A stretch of 64,000 nucleotides of DNA, taken from the NCBI GenBank assembly GCA_035763805.1, contig DASUAL010000133.1, forward strand, positions 2,518-66,517. Reading direction: 5' to 3'. Origin of the DNA: Gemmatimonadales bacterium. GTDB lineage: Bacteria; Gemmatimonadota; Gemmatimonadetes; Gemmatimonadales; GWC2-71-9. The position numbers and the translations under genes were made by a program. Below, one piece after another: positions 17,500 through 26,867 of the stretch (position 1 is its first letter; each line of letters opens with the position of its first letter). The notes under the pieces are model-generated. The model saw only the letters and a program-made list of their open reading frames with translations, was not told the DNA's origin and did no database searches.

Positions 17500-18636
17500 A
17501 TGCCCACCTTCGTGAAAGCCACTCAAGCCTACCAGCAGGGCCAGCGCACGCTGCCCGGGCGCTATTACACCTCCGCCGAGATCTACGCCGAGGAGCGGGA
17601 GCGCATCTTCAGCCGGCGCTGGGTCGCCGTTGGCCGCGCCGACGAGATCAGCCACCCGGGGGACTACGTCCTGCGGACCATCGCGGGTGAGAGCGTGATC
17701 GTGGTCCGCGGTCGCGACCGCGCGTTGCGCGCGTTTTACAACGTCTGCCGTCACCGCGGCACGCGGCTGTGCGAAGAGCCGCTCGGCCGCTTCTCCGAGA
17801 CGATCCAGTGCCCCTACCACGCCTGGACCTATACGATCGACGGTCAGCTGATCGGCGCGCCGCACATGAACGAAGTCGCGGGGTTCGACAAGCGCGACTT
17901 CCCGCTGCACCACGTGGCGCTGGAGGGGTGGGAGGGGTTCGCCTTCGCGAGCCTCGCGCGCGAGCCGGAGTCGTTCGCAGCAGCGTTCGCGCCCCTCGCG
18001 GGACGGTTCAGCCGGTTCAACCTCGTGAAGCTCCGTTCCGCGCGGCGGATCGACTACGACGTCGCGGCCAACTGGAAGCTCATCTTTCAGAATTACAGTG
18101 AATGCCTGCATTGCCCCGTCATCCACCCCGGGCTCGCCAGGCTCACGCCCTACACGAGCGGCGCGAACGACCTGATCGACGGGCCGTATCTGGGCGGCTA
18201 CATGGTGATCACCCAGGACGGCGGCAGCCTCACCACGAGCGGCCGCGCCTGCGGGGCACCGGTGGGGGCGCTACCGGCCGAGGATCTCAACCGCGTCTAT
18301 TTCTACTCGATCTTCCCGAACCTGCTCCTGAGCCTGCACCCGGATTACGTCATGTTCCACACCCTCTGGCCCGACGGCCCGGGCCGCACCCGCATCGCCT
18401 GTGAGTGGCTGTTCCACCCGGACTCGTTCGCGCAGTCGGGATTCGACCCGGACGACGCCGTGCGGTTCTGGGACGTGACGAACCGCCAGGACTGGCACAT
18501 CTGCGAGCTGAGCCACGCGGGGATCGCATCGCGGGCCTACGAGCCGGGCCCGTACTCTCCCCGGGAGGGAATCTCCGCGGCGTGGGACCGGGAATTCCTG
18601 AGAGCGATCGGGCACGCCGCGCGAGGGCGCGAGTGA
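17500..18636 (+). CDS. Rieske [2Fe-2S] non-haem iron oxygenase, alpha subunit-like
   Basis: 378 aa. Rieske motif CRHRG...CPYHAW. C-terminal catalytic domain with ECLHCPVIHP. Confidence 0.9.
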   Translation: MPTFVKATQAYQQGQRTLPGRYYTSAEIYAEERERIFSRRWVAVGRADEISHPGDYVLRTIAGESVIVVRGRDRALRAFYNVCRHRGTRLCEEPLGRFSETIQCPYHAWTYTIDGQLIGAPHMNEVAGFDKRDFPLHHVALEGWEGFAFASLAREPESFAAAFAPLAGRFSRFNLVKLRSARRIDYDVAANWKLIFQNYSECLHCPVIHPGLARLTPYTSGANDLIDGPYLGGYMVITQDGGSLTTSGRACGAPVGALPAEDLNRVYFYSIFPNLLLSLHPDYVMFHTLWPDGPGRTRIACEWLFHPDSFAQSGFDPDDAVRFWDVTNRQDWHICELSHAGIASRAYEPGPYSPREGISAAWDREFLRAIGHAARGRE

Positions 18637-18729
18637 ACTCGCGGATCGGCCCTGTCAGTGAACGGACGCCGCGAGGGCGAGCGACTCGGCGAGACACAGG
18701 CGCAGGATCACGCGAGGCCCCGGAGGTCT

Positions 18730-19098
18730 CTACGGCGCGATCCGGAAGTGCGGGTTCTCGATGATGCCGAACACGTTGCCGAAGGGGTCCCTCGCCGCCG
18801 CGACGCGGATCCCCTCCCCGACGTCCTGAACGGCGGCGTGCTGCCCCGCACCGAGCCCGAGCAGGCGGGCGAGCGCCTGATCCGCGTCCTTCACGCCCCG
18901 GTAGGCGACCACGCCGCCGACCCCGGGACCCACGTTCGACGTATCGGGATCGAGCCCGAGCTCGAAGCCGCCCACGCTGAAGCCCACGTAGAAAGGCTCG
19001 TCGAAGTACGGGTCGATGCCGAGGACCGTGGCGTACCACCCCTTCGCTCGCGCGAGGTCGGAGACCTTGTAGATGACGGTGCGCAAGCCGAGGAACAT
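18730..19098 (-). CDS. VOC (glyoxalase/bleomycin resistance/dioxygenase) family protein
   Basis: 122 aa. N-terminal IYKVSDLARAKGWY and C-terminal DPFGNVFGII are typical of the VOC fold. Confidence 0.85.
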   Translation of the reverse strand: MFLGLRTVIYKVSDLARAKGWYATVLGIDPYFDEPFYVGFSVGGFELGLDPDTSNVGPGVGGVVAYRGVKDADQALARLLGLGAGQHAAVQDVGEGIRVAAARDPFGNVFGIIENPHFRIAP

Positions 19099-19242
19099 GA
19101 CGGAGCTCCCTGGAAAGTGAGATTCAAGCGCCGGCGGCCGCGGTACGCGGCTTGCGTCTTGACTGCACGGGCGCCGGTGGCCGAGTCGCCGTCGCGCCTA
19201 CGCGGCAACCAGGCGTTCCTAGAGCGCGCAGGAGAGCTGGCG

Positions 19243-19449
19243 ATGGACGAGCCACGATGTGACTTCTACGACTGGGCAAGCCGCCGGTCGTGCGATGAGC
19301 CCGCGGCGTGGGTGACACGACAGTTCTCCGCCAAGACCGCGCGCTCCGTGCGCTACTATTGCGACACGCACCGGCCGCCACGTGCCCAGCCGCTCGGGCC
19401 CCGCCGGCGGGTGGCCCCAAAGAAGCGGCACCGGTCCTCCTCGAAGTAA
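19243..19449 (+). CDS. Small Cys/His-containing basic protein (hypothetical)
   Basis: 68 aa from the internal ATG of ORF 18658..19449, preceded by GGAGAG. High third-position GC. C6, C17, C40, H43 and a Lys/Arg-rich tail. Confidence 0.3.
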   Translation: MDEPRCDFYDWASRRSCDEPAAWVTRQFSAKTARSVRYYCDTHRPPRAQPLGPRRRVAPKKRHRSSSK

Positions 19450-19482
19450 TCAGCCCAGCGAACCATATTACCCGAGAACTCT

Positions 19483-20025
19483 ATGCGGCGTGTCACCGGC
19501 GTGGGCGGCATCCTGGTGCTCGTATGGCTGGCCGCCGGGTGCTCCGGAGGGTCGGCCGTGCGCGACCGGCTCGTGCTCCTGCCCCACCCGCCGGACCGCC
19601 TGCTGGGCGAGCAGCTCATCGAGGCGCGCTATGTCGTCGCGGGGACGCTCGTGAAGCTGGAGGACGCCGACGCGTACGAGCCCCGCGCCGGCTGGCTGAT
19701 GCGCGCGCTCCTGAGTGAAGAGCGCCCGCCGGAAGCCTACGAAGCCACCATCGCCGTCGATTCGGTGCTGAAGGGGAACGGGCGCCCGAAGCGCCTGTAC
19801 GTGATGTTCTTTGCGCCTCAAGGCAACCTGATCCCGAGTCCAGGGACGAACGCCATCTGGTTCGCGCACCGCCGCCAGTTGTGGCGGCTCGCCCAGTCCA
19901 CATACTACGGCACGCCCTACGATGTCGGACTAGCGTTCGATTCCGACGACGACATCCGACCGCTCGGTGAGTGGCCGCGGCTGCGCGACATCGCGCGGAG
20001 GCTCGAGCCGCCGCAAGAGCCGTGA
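19483..20025 (+). CDS. Lipoprotein, hypothetical
   Basis: 180 aa. Lipobox LAAGC after a hydrophobic signal sequence. Confidence 0.6.
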   Translation: MRRVTGVGGILVLVWLAAGCSGGSAVRDRLVLLPHPPDRLLGEQLIEARYVVAGTLVKLEDADAYEPRAGWLMRALLSEERPPEAYEATIAVDSVLKGNGRPKRLYVMFFAPQGNLIPSPGTNAIWFAHRRQLWRLAQSTYYGTPYDVGLAFDSDDDIRPLGEWPRLRDIARRLEPPQEP

Positions 20026-20040
20026 GCAGGCGTCAGGCGC

Positions 20041-21693
20041 TCAGCGCCCGGTCCCGACGTCGGCCGTCGGCAGGAACGTCGGCGAGCGCCGCCGCTTCGT
20101 CGCCTGCTCGTAGGCATACGTGAGCTTCACGAGCGTGGGCTCGCTGAACGGCGCGCCGACGAACGAGACGCCCACCGGAAGCCCGAACACATAGCCCGCC
20201 GGCACGGTGATGTGCGGAAACCCCGCCACCGCCGCCGGCGTCGAGCTCCCGCCGAGGAAGTGATCGCCGTTCACGAGATCGATCGGCCATGCCGGATTGC
20301 CGGTGGGCGCGACCAGCGCATCCAGGCGCTGCTGCTCGAGCACCGCCTTGAGCCCCTCGTCGCGGGCGAGTTTGCGACACCGGGCGAGTGCGTCGAGATA
20401 CGCTTGGTCCGTGAGCGGCCCCTTCTCCTGCGCCTTGAGAAAGAGATCCTGTCCGAAGTAGGGCATTTCCCGGTCCCGGTGGTGCTCGTTGAAGGCGATG
20501 ATCTGCTGGAGCGTTTTCACGGGAGCGCCGGGCGCGAAGTCGGCGAGGTAGCGGGTCAGATCCGCCTTGAATTCGTACAACAGCACCGTGAGCTCGGCAT
20601 CCTCGTATTCGCCGAGGTGAGGAATGTCCGCCGGGTCCACGATCACCGCGCCGAGCCGGCGCATCACATCGATCGCCTGGTCGACGAGCCCGTCGGTCGC
20701 CGCATGATAGCCGAACAACTTGGTGCGGGCGATGCCGATGCGCGCGCCCTTGAGCCCGTTGGGGTCGAGGAAGGGGGTGTAGTCGGTGACGGGGGCCGGC
20801 GCCGCAGCGGTCGCGGGATCCCCTGGGTCTTCGCCTGCAAGCGCGGCCAGGAGGACCGCGGCGTCGCGCACGGTACGCGCCATCGGGCCCGCGACGTCCT
20901 GACTATGCGCGATCGGCACGATGCCGGTCCGCGACACCACCCCCATCGTCGGCTTGATGCCGACGAGCGAGCACGCCGCCGAAGGACACACGATCGAACC
21001 GTCGGTCTCCGTGCCCACGCCGGCGGCCGCGAAGTTGGCGGCGATCGCCGCGCCGGTACCCGAGCTCGAGCCGCAGGGGCTGCGATCCAGCACGTATGGG
21101 TTCAGGCACTGGCCGCCCCGCGCGCTCCAGCCGCTCGACGAGGTGCTCGAACGGAAGTTCGCCCACTCCGACAGGTTCGTTTTCCCGATGATCACCGCTC
21201 CGGCGTCGTGCAGCTTGCGCGCGACGAACGCGTCCGCGGGCGGCTTCGCGCCCACGAGCGCCAGCGATCCCGCAGTGGTAGCCATGCGGTCCGCGGTCGC
21301 GATGTTGTCCTTGATGAGTACGGGGATGCCGTGGAGCGGCCCGCGTGGGCCCCGCGCCCGGCGCTCCGCGTCGAGCTGCTCGGCGATGTCGAGGGCGTCG
21401 GGGTTGGTCTCGATCACCGACCGGAGCGCGGGGCCGCGCTGGTCCAGGTCCTCGATGCGCCCGAGGTAGTACTCGCACAACGAGCGGGCACTGTACCTAC
21501 CGCGGCCCATCCCCTCCTGCAAATCCGCGATCGTCGCCTCTTCCAGCTCGAATGGCAGGATGGGGGTCGGCCGCCCGTTCCGGGTGGGGGCAGGCGCGGC
21601 CGCCCGGCAGCTCACGCCCGCCGCGGCGGCGAGCCCGGCGCCGGCGCCGAGCTCCAGGAACGTGCGACGAGTGATCTCCGAACCGTGCGGCAT
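20041..21693 (-). CDS. Tat-exported amidase (amidase signature family)
   Basis: ORF 20041..21750 trimmed to the ATG at 21693 (MPHGSEITRRTFLELGAG, twin-arginine signal). AS-family motif GSSSGTGAAIAA. Confidence 0.9.
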   Translation of the reverse strand: MPHGSEITRRTFLELGAGAGLAAAAGVSCRAAAPAPTRNGRPTPILPFELEEATIADLQEGMGRGRYSARSLCEYYLGRIEDLDQRGPALRSVIETNPDALDIAEQLDAERRARGPRGPLHGIPVLIKDNIATADRMATTAGSLALVGAKPPADAFVARKLHDAGAVIIGKTNLSEWANFRSSTSSSGWSARGGQCLNPYVLDRSPCGSSSGTGAAIAANFAAAGVGTETDGSIVCPSAACSLVGIKPTMGVVSRTGIVPIAHSQDVAGPMARTVRDAAVLLAALAGEDPGDPATAAAPAPVTDYTPFLDPNGLKGARIGIARTKLFGYHAATDGLVDQAIDVMRRLGAVIVDPADIPHLGEYEDAELTVLLYEFKADLTRYLADFAPGAPVKTLQQIIAFNEHHRDREMPYFGQDLFLKAQEKGPLTDQAYLDALARCRKLARDEGLKAVLEQQRLDALVAPTGNPAWPIDLVNGDHFLGGSSTPAAVAGFPHITVPAGYVFGLPVGVSFVGAPFSEPTLVKLTYAYEQATKRRRSPTFLPTADVGTGR

Positions 21694-21752
21694 GCGATCC
21701 TCTCGGGATGGACGCAGGCCAAAGGTGCAGCGCATGATGAAGGCTGGCAAAC

Positions 21753-22139
21753 ATGCACCCGCCGCGCGTTCTCATCGCATCCGCAGACCAACGCTCCCGC
21801 ACGTTGCTGCGCGCCGAGCTGCGCGAACTGGGTTACGACGCGATCGGGGCGAGCAGCCTCGCGAGCGGGCTCCGCCACCCGGCCGTGGAGGGAGACCGCG
21901 GTCCGGTGCGATTGGTGATTGCGGACGACCGCACGGCGGCCGTGCCGGCGCTGCTCGAGCGGGCACGCGCTCAATACGCCGGGAGCCGCTTCCTCCTGAT
22001 CCAGCGCGGAGCGGGTGCGCCGCCTCCCGGTAGTTGGGACAAAGTGTTGCGGCGCCCGGTTACGATCGGCGAGATCGTGGCCGCCGTGCGCGAGCTCGCA
22101 CCGCTACCGCCTGAGCTCCGGGGGCCGATCGACCGCTGA
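21753..22139 (+). CDS. Receiver (REC)-like domain protein, atypical
   Basis: 128 aa. RVLIASAD...LVIADD...LRRPVTIGEIV follows the CheY-fold pattern, but the acidic pocket and the conserved Lys (RRP instead of KP) are degenerate. Confidence 0.45.
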   Translation: MHPPRVLIASADQRSRTLLRAELRELGYDAIGASSLASGLRHPAVEGDRGPVRLVIADDRTAAVPALLERARAQYAGSRFLLIQRGAGAPPPGSWDKVLRRPVTIGEIVAAVRELAPLPPELRGPIDR

Positions 22140-22150
22140 GCGCCGGCGGG

Positions 22151-23269
22151 TTACTCGTGCCTGAGCGAGTCGGCCGGCGTCGCCTTCTGGAAGGGTGCCA
22201 GATACTTCTCGTACCCCTCCGCCTTGAGCCGTTCGAGGGGGACGAACCGCAGCGCCGCTGAGTTGATGCAGTAGCGGAGGCCCGTCGGGCGCGGTCCGTC
22301 GTCGAAAACATGGCCGAGGTGGGAGTCGGCGCGCGCCGAGCGAACCTCGACCCGCACCATGAAGAGCGATCGATCCGTTCGCTCGCGGACGTTCGCCGGC
22401 TCGAGCGGCCGCGTGAAGCTCGGCCAGCCAGTGCCCGAATCGAACTTGTCCAGCGAGCTGAACAGCGGCTCGCCGGACACCACGTCCACGTAGAGGCCGG
22501 GGCGATGGTGGTCCCAGTACTCGTTGCGGAACGGCGGCTCGGTCGCGTCCCGCTGGGTGACCTCGTACTGCAGCGGTGTGAGTGAGCGGCGCAGCGACGC
22601 GTCGCTCGGTTTCTGGTAGTCCATCGTCTGCTCCTCCGCCTGCGGCGCGCCTGCGCCCCAGATCTCCCGGAGCCGCCGGTCACGGCCGCAACCCACGCGG
22701 TACAGCTTGTAGCGCACCGGATTCCGGCGCGCATAGTCCTGATGGTACTCCTCCGCGGGATAGAATTCCCCGGCCATCAGGATCGTCGTTACGATCGGCT
22801 GCTTGAACCGCCCGGAGGCCTCGAGTCTCCGCTTCGACTCCTCCGCCAGCCGGCGCTGCGTCGAGTCGTGGAAGAAGATCGCGGTGCGGTACTGAGGCCC
22901 GTGATCGCAGAACTGCGCGTTCGGCGTGACCGGATCGATATGGTGCCAGAAGACGTCGAGCAGCTTCTCGTAGCTGACCCTCCGAGGATCGTAAGCGATC
23001 TCCACTGCCTCGGCGTGCCCGGTCGACCCTGCCGAAACCTGCGCGTATGTCGGGCTCTTGACGCGCCCGCCGGTATAGCCCGACGTTGCCGAGATCACGC
23101 CATCGAGCGCATCGAACGCCAGCTCCACGGACCAGAAGCAGCCTCCCGCCAAGGTGGCCTTCGCGGTCGCCGGGGAGGGGGCCCGGTCGCCCGCTCGGGG
23201 CGGGGCTTGAGCCCTGCCCTGCCCCGCGAGAAGCAGCAAGACCAACAGAGTCTGGGTGTTTGCCAGCAT
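22151..23269 (-). CDS. msrAB: Exported bifunctional methionine sulfoxide reductase MsrA/MsrB
   Basis: 372 aa. Signal peptide ([15 protein letters not shown]). MsrA GGCFWS motif. MsrB C-terminal RYCINS motif. Confidence 0.9.
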   Translation of the reverse strand: MLANTQTLLVLLLLAGQGRAQAPPRAGDRAPSPATAKATLAGGCFWSVELAFDALDGVISATSGYTGGRVKSPTYAQVSAGSTGHAEAVEIAYDPRRVSYEKLLDVFWHHIDPVTPNAQFCDHGPQYRTAIFFHDSTQRRLAEESKRRLEASGRFKQPIVTTILMAGEFYPAEEYHQDYARRNPVRYKLYRVGCGRDRRLREIWGAGAPQAEEQTMDYQKPSDASLRRSLTPLQYEVTQRDATEPPFRNEYWDHHRPGLYVDVVSGEPLFSSLDKFDSGTGWPSFTRPLEPANVRERTDRSLFMVRVEVRSARADSHLGHVFDDGPRPTGLRYCINSAALRFVPLERLKAEGYEKYLAPFQKATPADSLRHE

Positions 23270-23425
23270 GTCACGCCTCCCGAGGCAATCCGGCGATTCC
23301 CGCCGCCCAAATGTACGCCGGGAAGGCTGGTTCCGGTTGGCTCATCGCCCTCCGGAGTGGCGTAAGCCGCAAGGCCTCACTAGCTTCGCGACTGACGCTG
23401 CCCCGTCCAAGGCGGAGGCCAACCT

Positions 23426-25093
23426 TTGAGCACTTGGGAACAGACCGTATCGAAGCCGCTCCGCGCACTCGGGCTTGAGAGCATCCGCAACAAGCTCCTC
23501 GCCTTCGCCGTCCTGGCTACGGTCATCCCCTCCTGGTCCACGGCCTGGATCTCGTACGCCCACAACAAGCGATCGCTCACCGAAAAGATCACCGGCGAGC
23601 AGCTGAGCGCCAGCTCGCAGACCGCCCGGGAGCTGGATCTGTGGCTCAAGGAGCGCCTTTATGACCTGCGGGTATTCGCCAGCTCCTACGAGGTCACGGA
23701 GAACCTCGAGCGCATGCCCGGGGCCCGCGGGGCGCTCGCTCGCGAGGGTCAGCCGCACCGCCGAGTCAACGACTTCCTCAACTCGGTGCGTGAGCGCTTC
23801 GTCGACTACGAAGCGTTGATCGTCGTCGACGAGCAGGGCCGCGCGGTCGCGACCGGAGCGGCAACGGCCCGCGCCGTCCCGCTGCCGCCGGATTGGCGCA
23901 CCGCGCTCCGGACCGAGCACGCGGTCGTCGGCGCTCCATATCGCGATGACGACGCCCAGCGCCAGCCGGTCATGACCGTGGCCGTCCCGATCTACGCGGC
24001 CGGCGGCCGCCTGATCGGGGCGCTGACCGCGAAGCTGAACCTGCGCACGGTCCAGCAGGTCCTCAAGCGCTTCTCGACCGGCGCCTCGGGCGGCCTGTAT
24101 GTCATGACGACCGACGGCACTTTGATCGCCCGCTCCCGGTCGGGCCCGGCCGAGCCGATGACCACGCAGCTCGCCCCGGAGGTCGCCCGAACCCTGTTGG
24201 CGGGTGCGGGCAGCGCGCGCCAGTACCGCGGCTTCGACGGGGAGGAGGTCATCGGCACGCTCGCGACCGTTCCCGGCCTGGAGTGGGCGATCGTGATCGA
24301 GATCCCGGCGGCCGACGCGTTCCGCCAGGTGACCCGACTCCGCAACGTCACCATCGCGATCGTCACCGCCCTGCTCCTGGGCATCGGGCTGCTCGCGTAC
24401 CTGCTGGGCGTGCTGATCGTTCGCCCGCTCGATCGCCTGACAGCCGGGGCCGCGAAGGTGGCGGCGGGCGATCTGGCCGTCGATCTGCCCGTCGTGAGCG
24501 GCGGCGAGGTGGGCTCACTGACCGAAGTGTTCAACGACATGGTGGCGCGCTTGCGAAGCGGGCGCGAGGAGCTCCAGCGCCTGTCTCTCACCGACGATCT
24601 CACCGGGCTCTACAACCGCAGATACCTCATGGAGACGCTCGCGACCGAGGTGCGGCGCTCACGCCGACTGCAGCACTCCTTCGCCATCCTGATCGCGGAC
24701 ATCGATCACTTCAAGGAGTACAACGACACGGTCGGCCACCTTGCTGGAGACGAGATGCTGAGGCGGGTAGCACGCATCTTGCGCGAATCGACTCGCGAGG
24801 TCGACTGCGTGGCGCGCTACGGCGGTGAGGAGTTCGTCGTCATGCTCCCGGAGACCGGAGCCGACGAGGCCGCGGAGACGGCGGAGCGAATTCGGGACCG
24901 CGTCGCGCGGGAAGCGCTGGCGGGCGGCACTATTACCCTGAGCGTCGGCGTCGCCGAATTCCCGACGCACGGCGACACACCAGAATCTGTGATCTCCAGC
25001 GCGGACTCGGCCCTGTACCAGGCCAAACGCGAGGGACGCAACCGGATGGTTCGCGCCGGCGCGCCGGCGCGCCGCCCCGAAATGACGGGCTAG
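23426..25093 (+). CDS. Sensor diguanylate cyclase (periplasmic Cache-like domain, HAMP, GGDEF with I-site)
   Basis: 555 aa, TTG start. Two TM helices flank a loop of about 280 aa. HAMP domain present. GGEEF with RxxD (REVD) 5 residues upstream. Confidence 0.9.
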   Translation: MSTWEQTVSKPLRALGLESIRNKLLAFAVLATVIPSWSTAWISYAHNKRSLTEKITGEQLSASSQTARELDLWLKERLYDLRVFASSYEVTENLERMPGARGALAREGQPHRRVNDFLNSVRERFVDYEALIVVDEQGRAVATGAATARAVPLPPDWRTALRTEHAVVGAPYRDDDAQRQPVMTVAVPIYAAGGRLIGALTAKLNLRTVQQVLKRFSTGASGGLYVMTTDGTLIARSRSGPAEPMTTQLAPEVARTLLAGAGSARQYRGFDGEEVIGTLATVPGLEWAIVIEIPAADAFRQVTRLRNVTIAIVTALLLGIGLLAYLLGVLIVRPLDRLTAGAAKVAAGDLAVDLPVVSGGEVGSLTEVFNDMVARLRSGREELQRLSLTDDLTGLYNRRYLMETLATEVRRSRRLQHSFAILIADIDHFKEYNDTVGHLAGDEMLRRVARILRESTREVDCVARYGGEEFVVMLPETGADEAAETAERIRDRVAREALAGGTITLSVGVAEFPTHGDTPESVISSADSALYQAKREGRNRMVRAGAPARRPEMTG

Positions 25094-25152
25094 CGCCGTA
25101 GCAGCATGTGGGACGATTGAGGGGGAGTCTGGGGGAGCAGGCTGGAACAGGG

Positions 25153-25920
25153 CTAGCGCGCGCCGTCCTGCCGCCGGCCGACCAGGGTCTGAAAAATCCA
25201 GCCGCTCCGCCCAGCCTTGTCGGCAACACGAACCCAGTTGTCCGCGTACGCATAGCCGATGAGCGGAGCCCCGGCCTCCGCTGTGAACAGCACGGGGTAT
25301 TCGGCGCCCGGTCCTTCTCGCACATTGCTGCGACTCGTCGCCTGAAGGCGCAGCGGCAGCACGAACAGCACCTCGCCGGTTCGCAGGGACCCTCGGGTCC
25401 CGCTCGCCAGACGTTCGCGACCCGTGCTGACGGCGGCCTTCGCCTGGCTCGCCAGGTAGAGGGCGCCGCCGTGATTCTGCTTGTTGAATTCCGCCGTCGC
25501 GAGCTGCAACAGCTGGGCGGCCTGGGCGATTTCGGCAGCCGCCTGCTGCCCGGCCGCGGCTTTCAGGGACTGCAGCGCGATCTCCGCCTCCGCCATGGCC
25601 GAGGCGGCCTCCGCCCGACTGGCTGAGGTCTGCAACTTCGCCATCGCCCGCACGACCTCGCGCCGGGCCTGGTCGAGCCTGGCCTCGAGTTCCTCGACCT
25701 GTGCGTCCCGCTCGAGCAAGCGCAGCTCAAGTCGCGCCACTCGTTGCTCCAGTTGAGGATCCCTCACGGTCACGGTTTCCGGCACCGCCCGAACAGCCAC
25801 CGAAGCACTGTCCGGCCGCAGCGTCCCCGGCGCCGTCCGGCAGGCGCCGACCGCGGCGAGCGCCGCCGAGGCGAGGAACAGGGTGACCGCCAGCGTGCCT
25901 ACGGGCATGGTGCTCAACAT
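25153..25920 (-). CDS. Lipoprotein with coiled-coil region and C-terminal SH3b-like domain
   Basis: 255 aa. Lipobox AVGAC. Long heptad-like segment (LEQRVARLELRLLERDAQVEELEARL). C-terminal NVREGPGAEYPVLF...WVRV resembles bacterial SH3. Confidence 0.65.
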   Translation of the reverse strand: MLSTMPVGTLAVTLFLASAALAAVGACRTAPGTLRPDSASVAVRAVPETVTVRDPQLEQRVARLELRLLERDAQVEELEARLDQARREVVRAMAKLQTSASRAEAASAMAEAEIALQSLKAAAGQQAAAEIAQAAQLLQLATAEFNKQNHGGALYLASQAKAAVSTGRERLASGTRGSLRTGEVLFVLPLRLQATSRSNVREGPGAEYPVLFTAEAGAPLIGYAYADNWVRVADKAGRSGWIFQTLVGRRQDGAR

Positions 25921-25967
25921 GGCATTCTAAATTCGCCCAATCAACCGTCCGCCTTAGACTACTCACC

Positions 25968-26867
25968 ATGCCGGAGTTGCCGGACATCGTCGTTTACTTG
26001 GAGGCACTCCAGCCGAGGATCGTGACACGGCGGCTCGAGCGCATCCGGATCGGCAGCCCGTTCGTGCTGCGGTCGGCGGACCCCCCGGCGGCCGAACTCG
26101 AGGGCCGTGTGGTGAGCGGCGTGCGCCGGCTGGGCAAGCGCATCGTGATCCAGCTGGAGGGTGAGCGGTTCCTCGTCCTCCATCTGATGATCGCGGGGCG
26201 GCTGCACTGGAGGCTGCCAGGGGCGCCGCTGCGCGGGAGGAGCGGGCTCGCGGCGATCGACTTCACGAGCGGTACGCTGCTGTTCACCGAAGCCGGCACG
26301 AAGCACCGTGCCTCGCTTCACGTCGTGCGGGGCGCCGCTGCACTCGCCGCTCACGACCCCGGCGGGCTGGAACCGCTCGAGACGAGTCTGGCGGCGTTTC
26401 GCGCGGCGCTGACGCGCGAGAATCACACGCTCAAGCGAGCACTGACCGACCCCCGCCTCTTCAGTGGGATCGGTAACGCTTACTCGGACGAGATCCTGCA
26501 TGCGGCCCGGCTCTCACCGCTCGCCCTCACGTCGCGGCTCACCGGCGCCGACGTCGGCCGGCTGCATCAGGCCGTGCGCGCCACCCTGGCCACGTGGATC
26601 GAGCGGCTGCGTGCCCAGCTCGGGGGCGGGTTCCCCGAGAAGGTCACGGCATTCCGGCCGGAGATGGCGGTGCACGGCCGCTACCGTAAGCCGTGCCCGG
26701 TGTGCGGGGCGCCGGTGCAGCGCATTCGCTACGCCGACAACGAGGTGAACTACTGCGCGCACTGCCAGACGGACGGCAAGGTGCTCGCAGACCGCGCCAT
26801 GTCACGGCTGCTCAAGGAGGACTGGCCCCGCTCCCTCGACGACTGGGAGGCCCGGTTCGCGCCCTGA
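25968..26867 (+). CDS. Fpg/Nei family DNA glycosylase
   Basis: 299 aa. N-terminal MPELPD catalytic Pro. C-terminal zinc finger CPVCG...CAHCQ. Confidence 0.9.
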   Translation: MPELPDIVVYLEALQPRIVTRRLERIRIGSPFVLRSADPPAAELEGRVVSGVRRLGKRIVIQLEGERFLVLHLMIAGRLHWRLPGAPLRGRSGLAAIDFTSGTLLFTEAGTKHRASLHVVRGAAALAAHDPGGLEPLETSLAAFRAALTRENHTLKRALTDPRLFSGIGNAYSDEILHAARLSPLALTSRLTGADVGRLHQAVRATLATWIERLRAQLGGGFPEKVTAFRPEMAVHGRYRKPCPVCGAPVQRIRYADNEVNYCAHCQTDGKVLADRAMSRLLKEDWPRSLDDWEARFAP

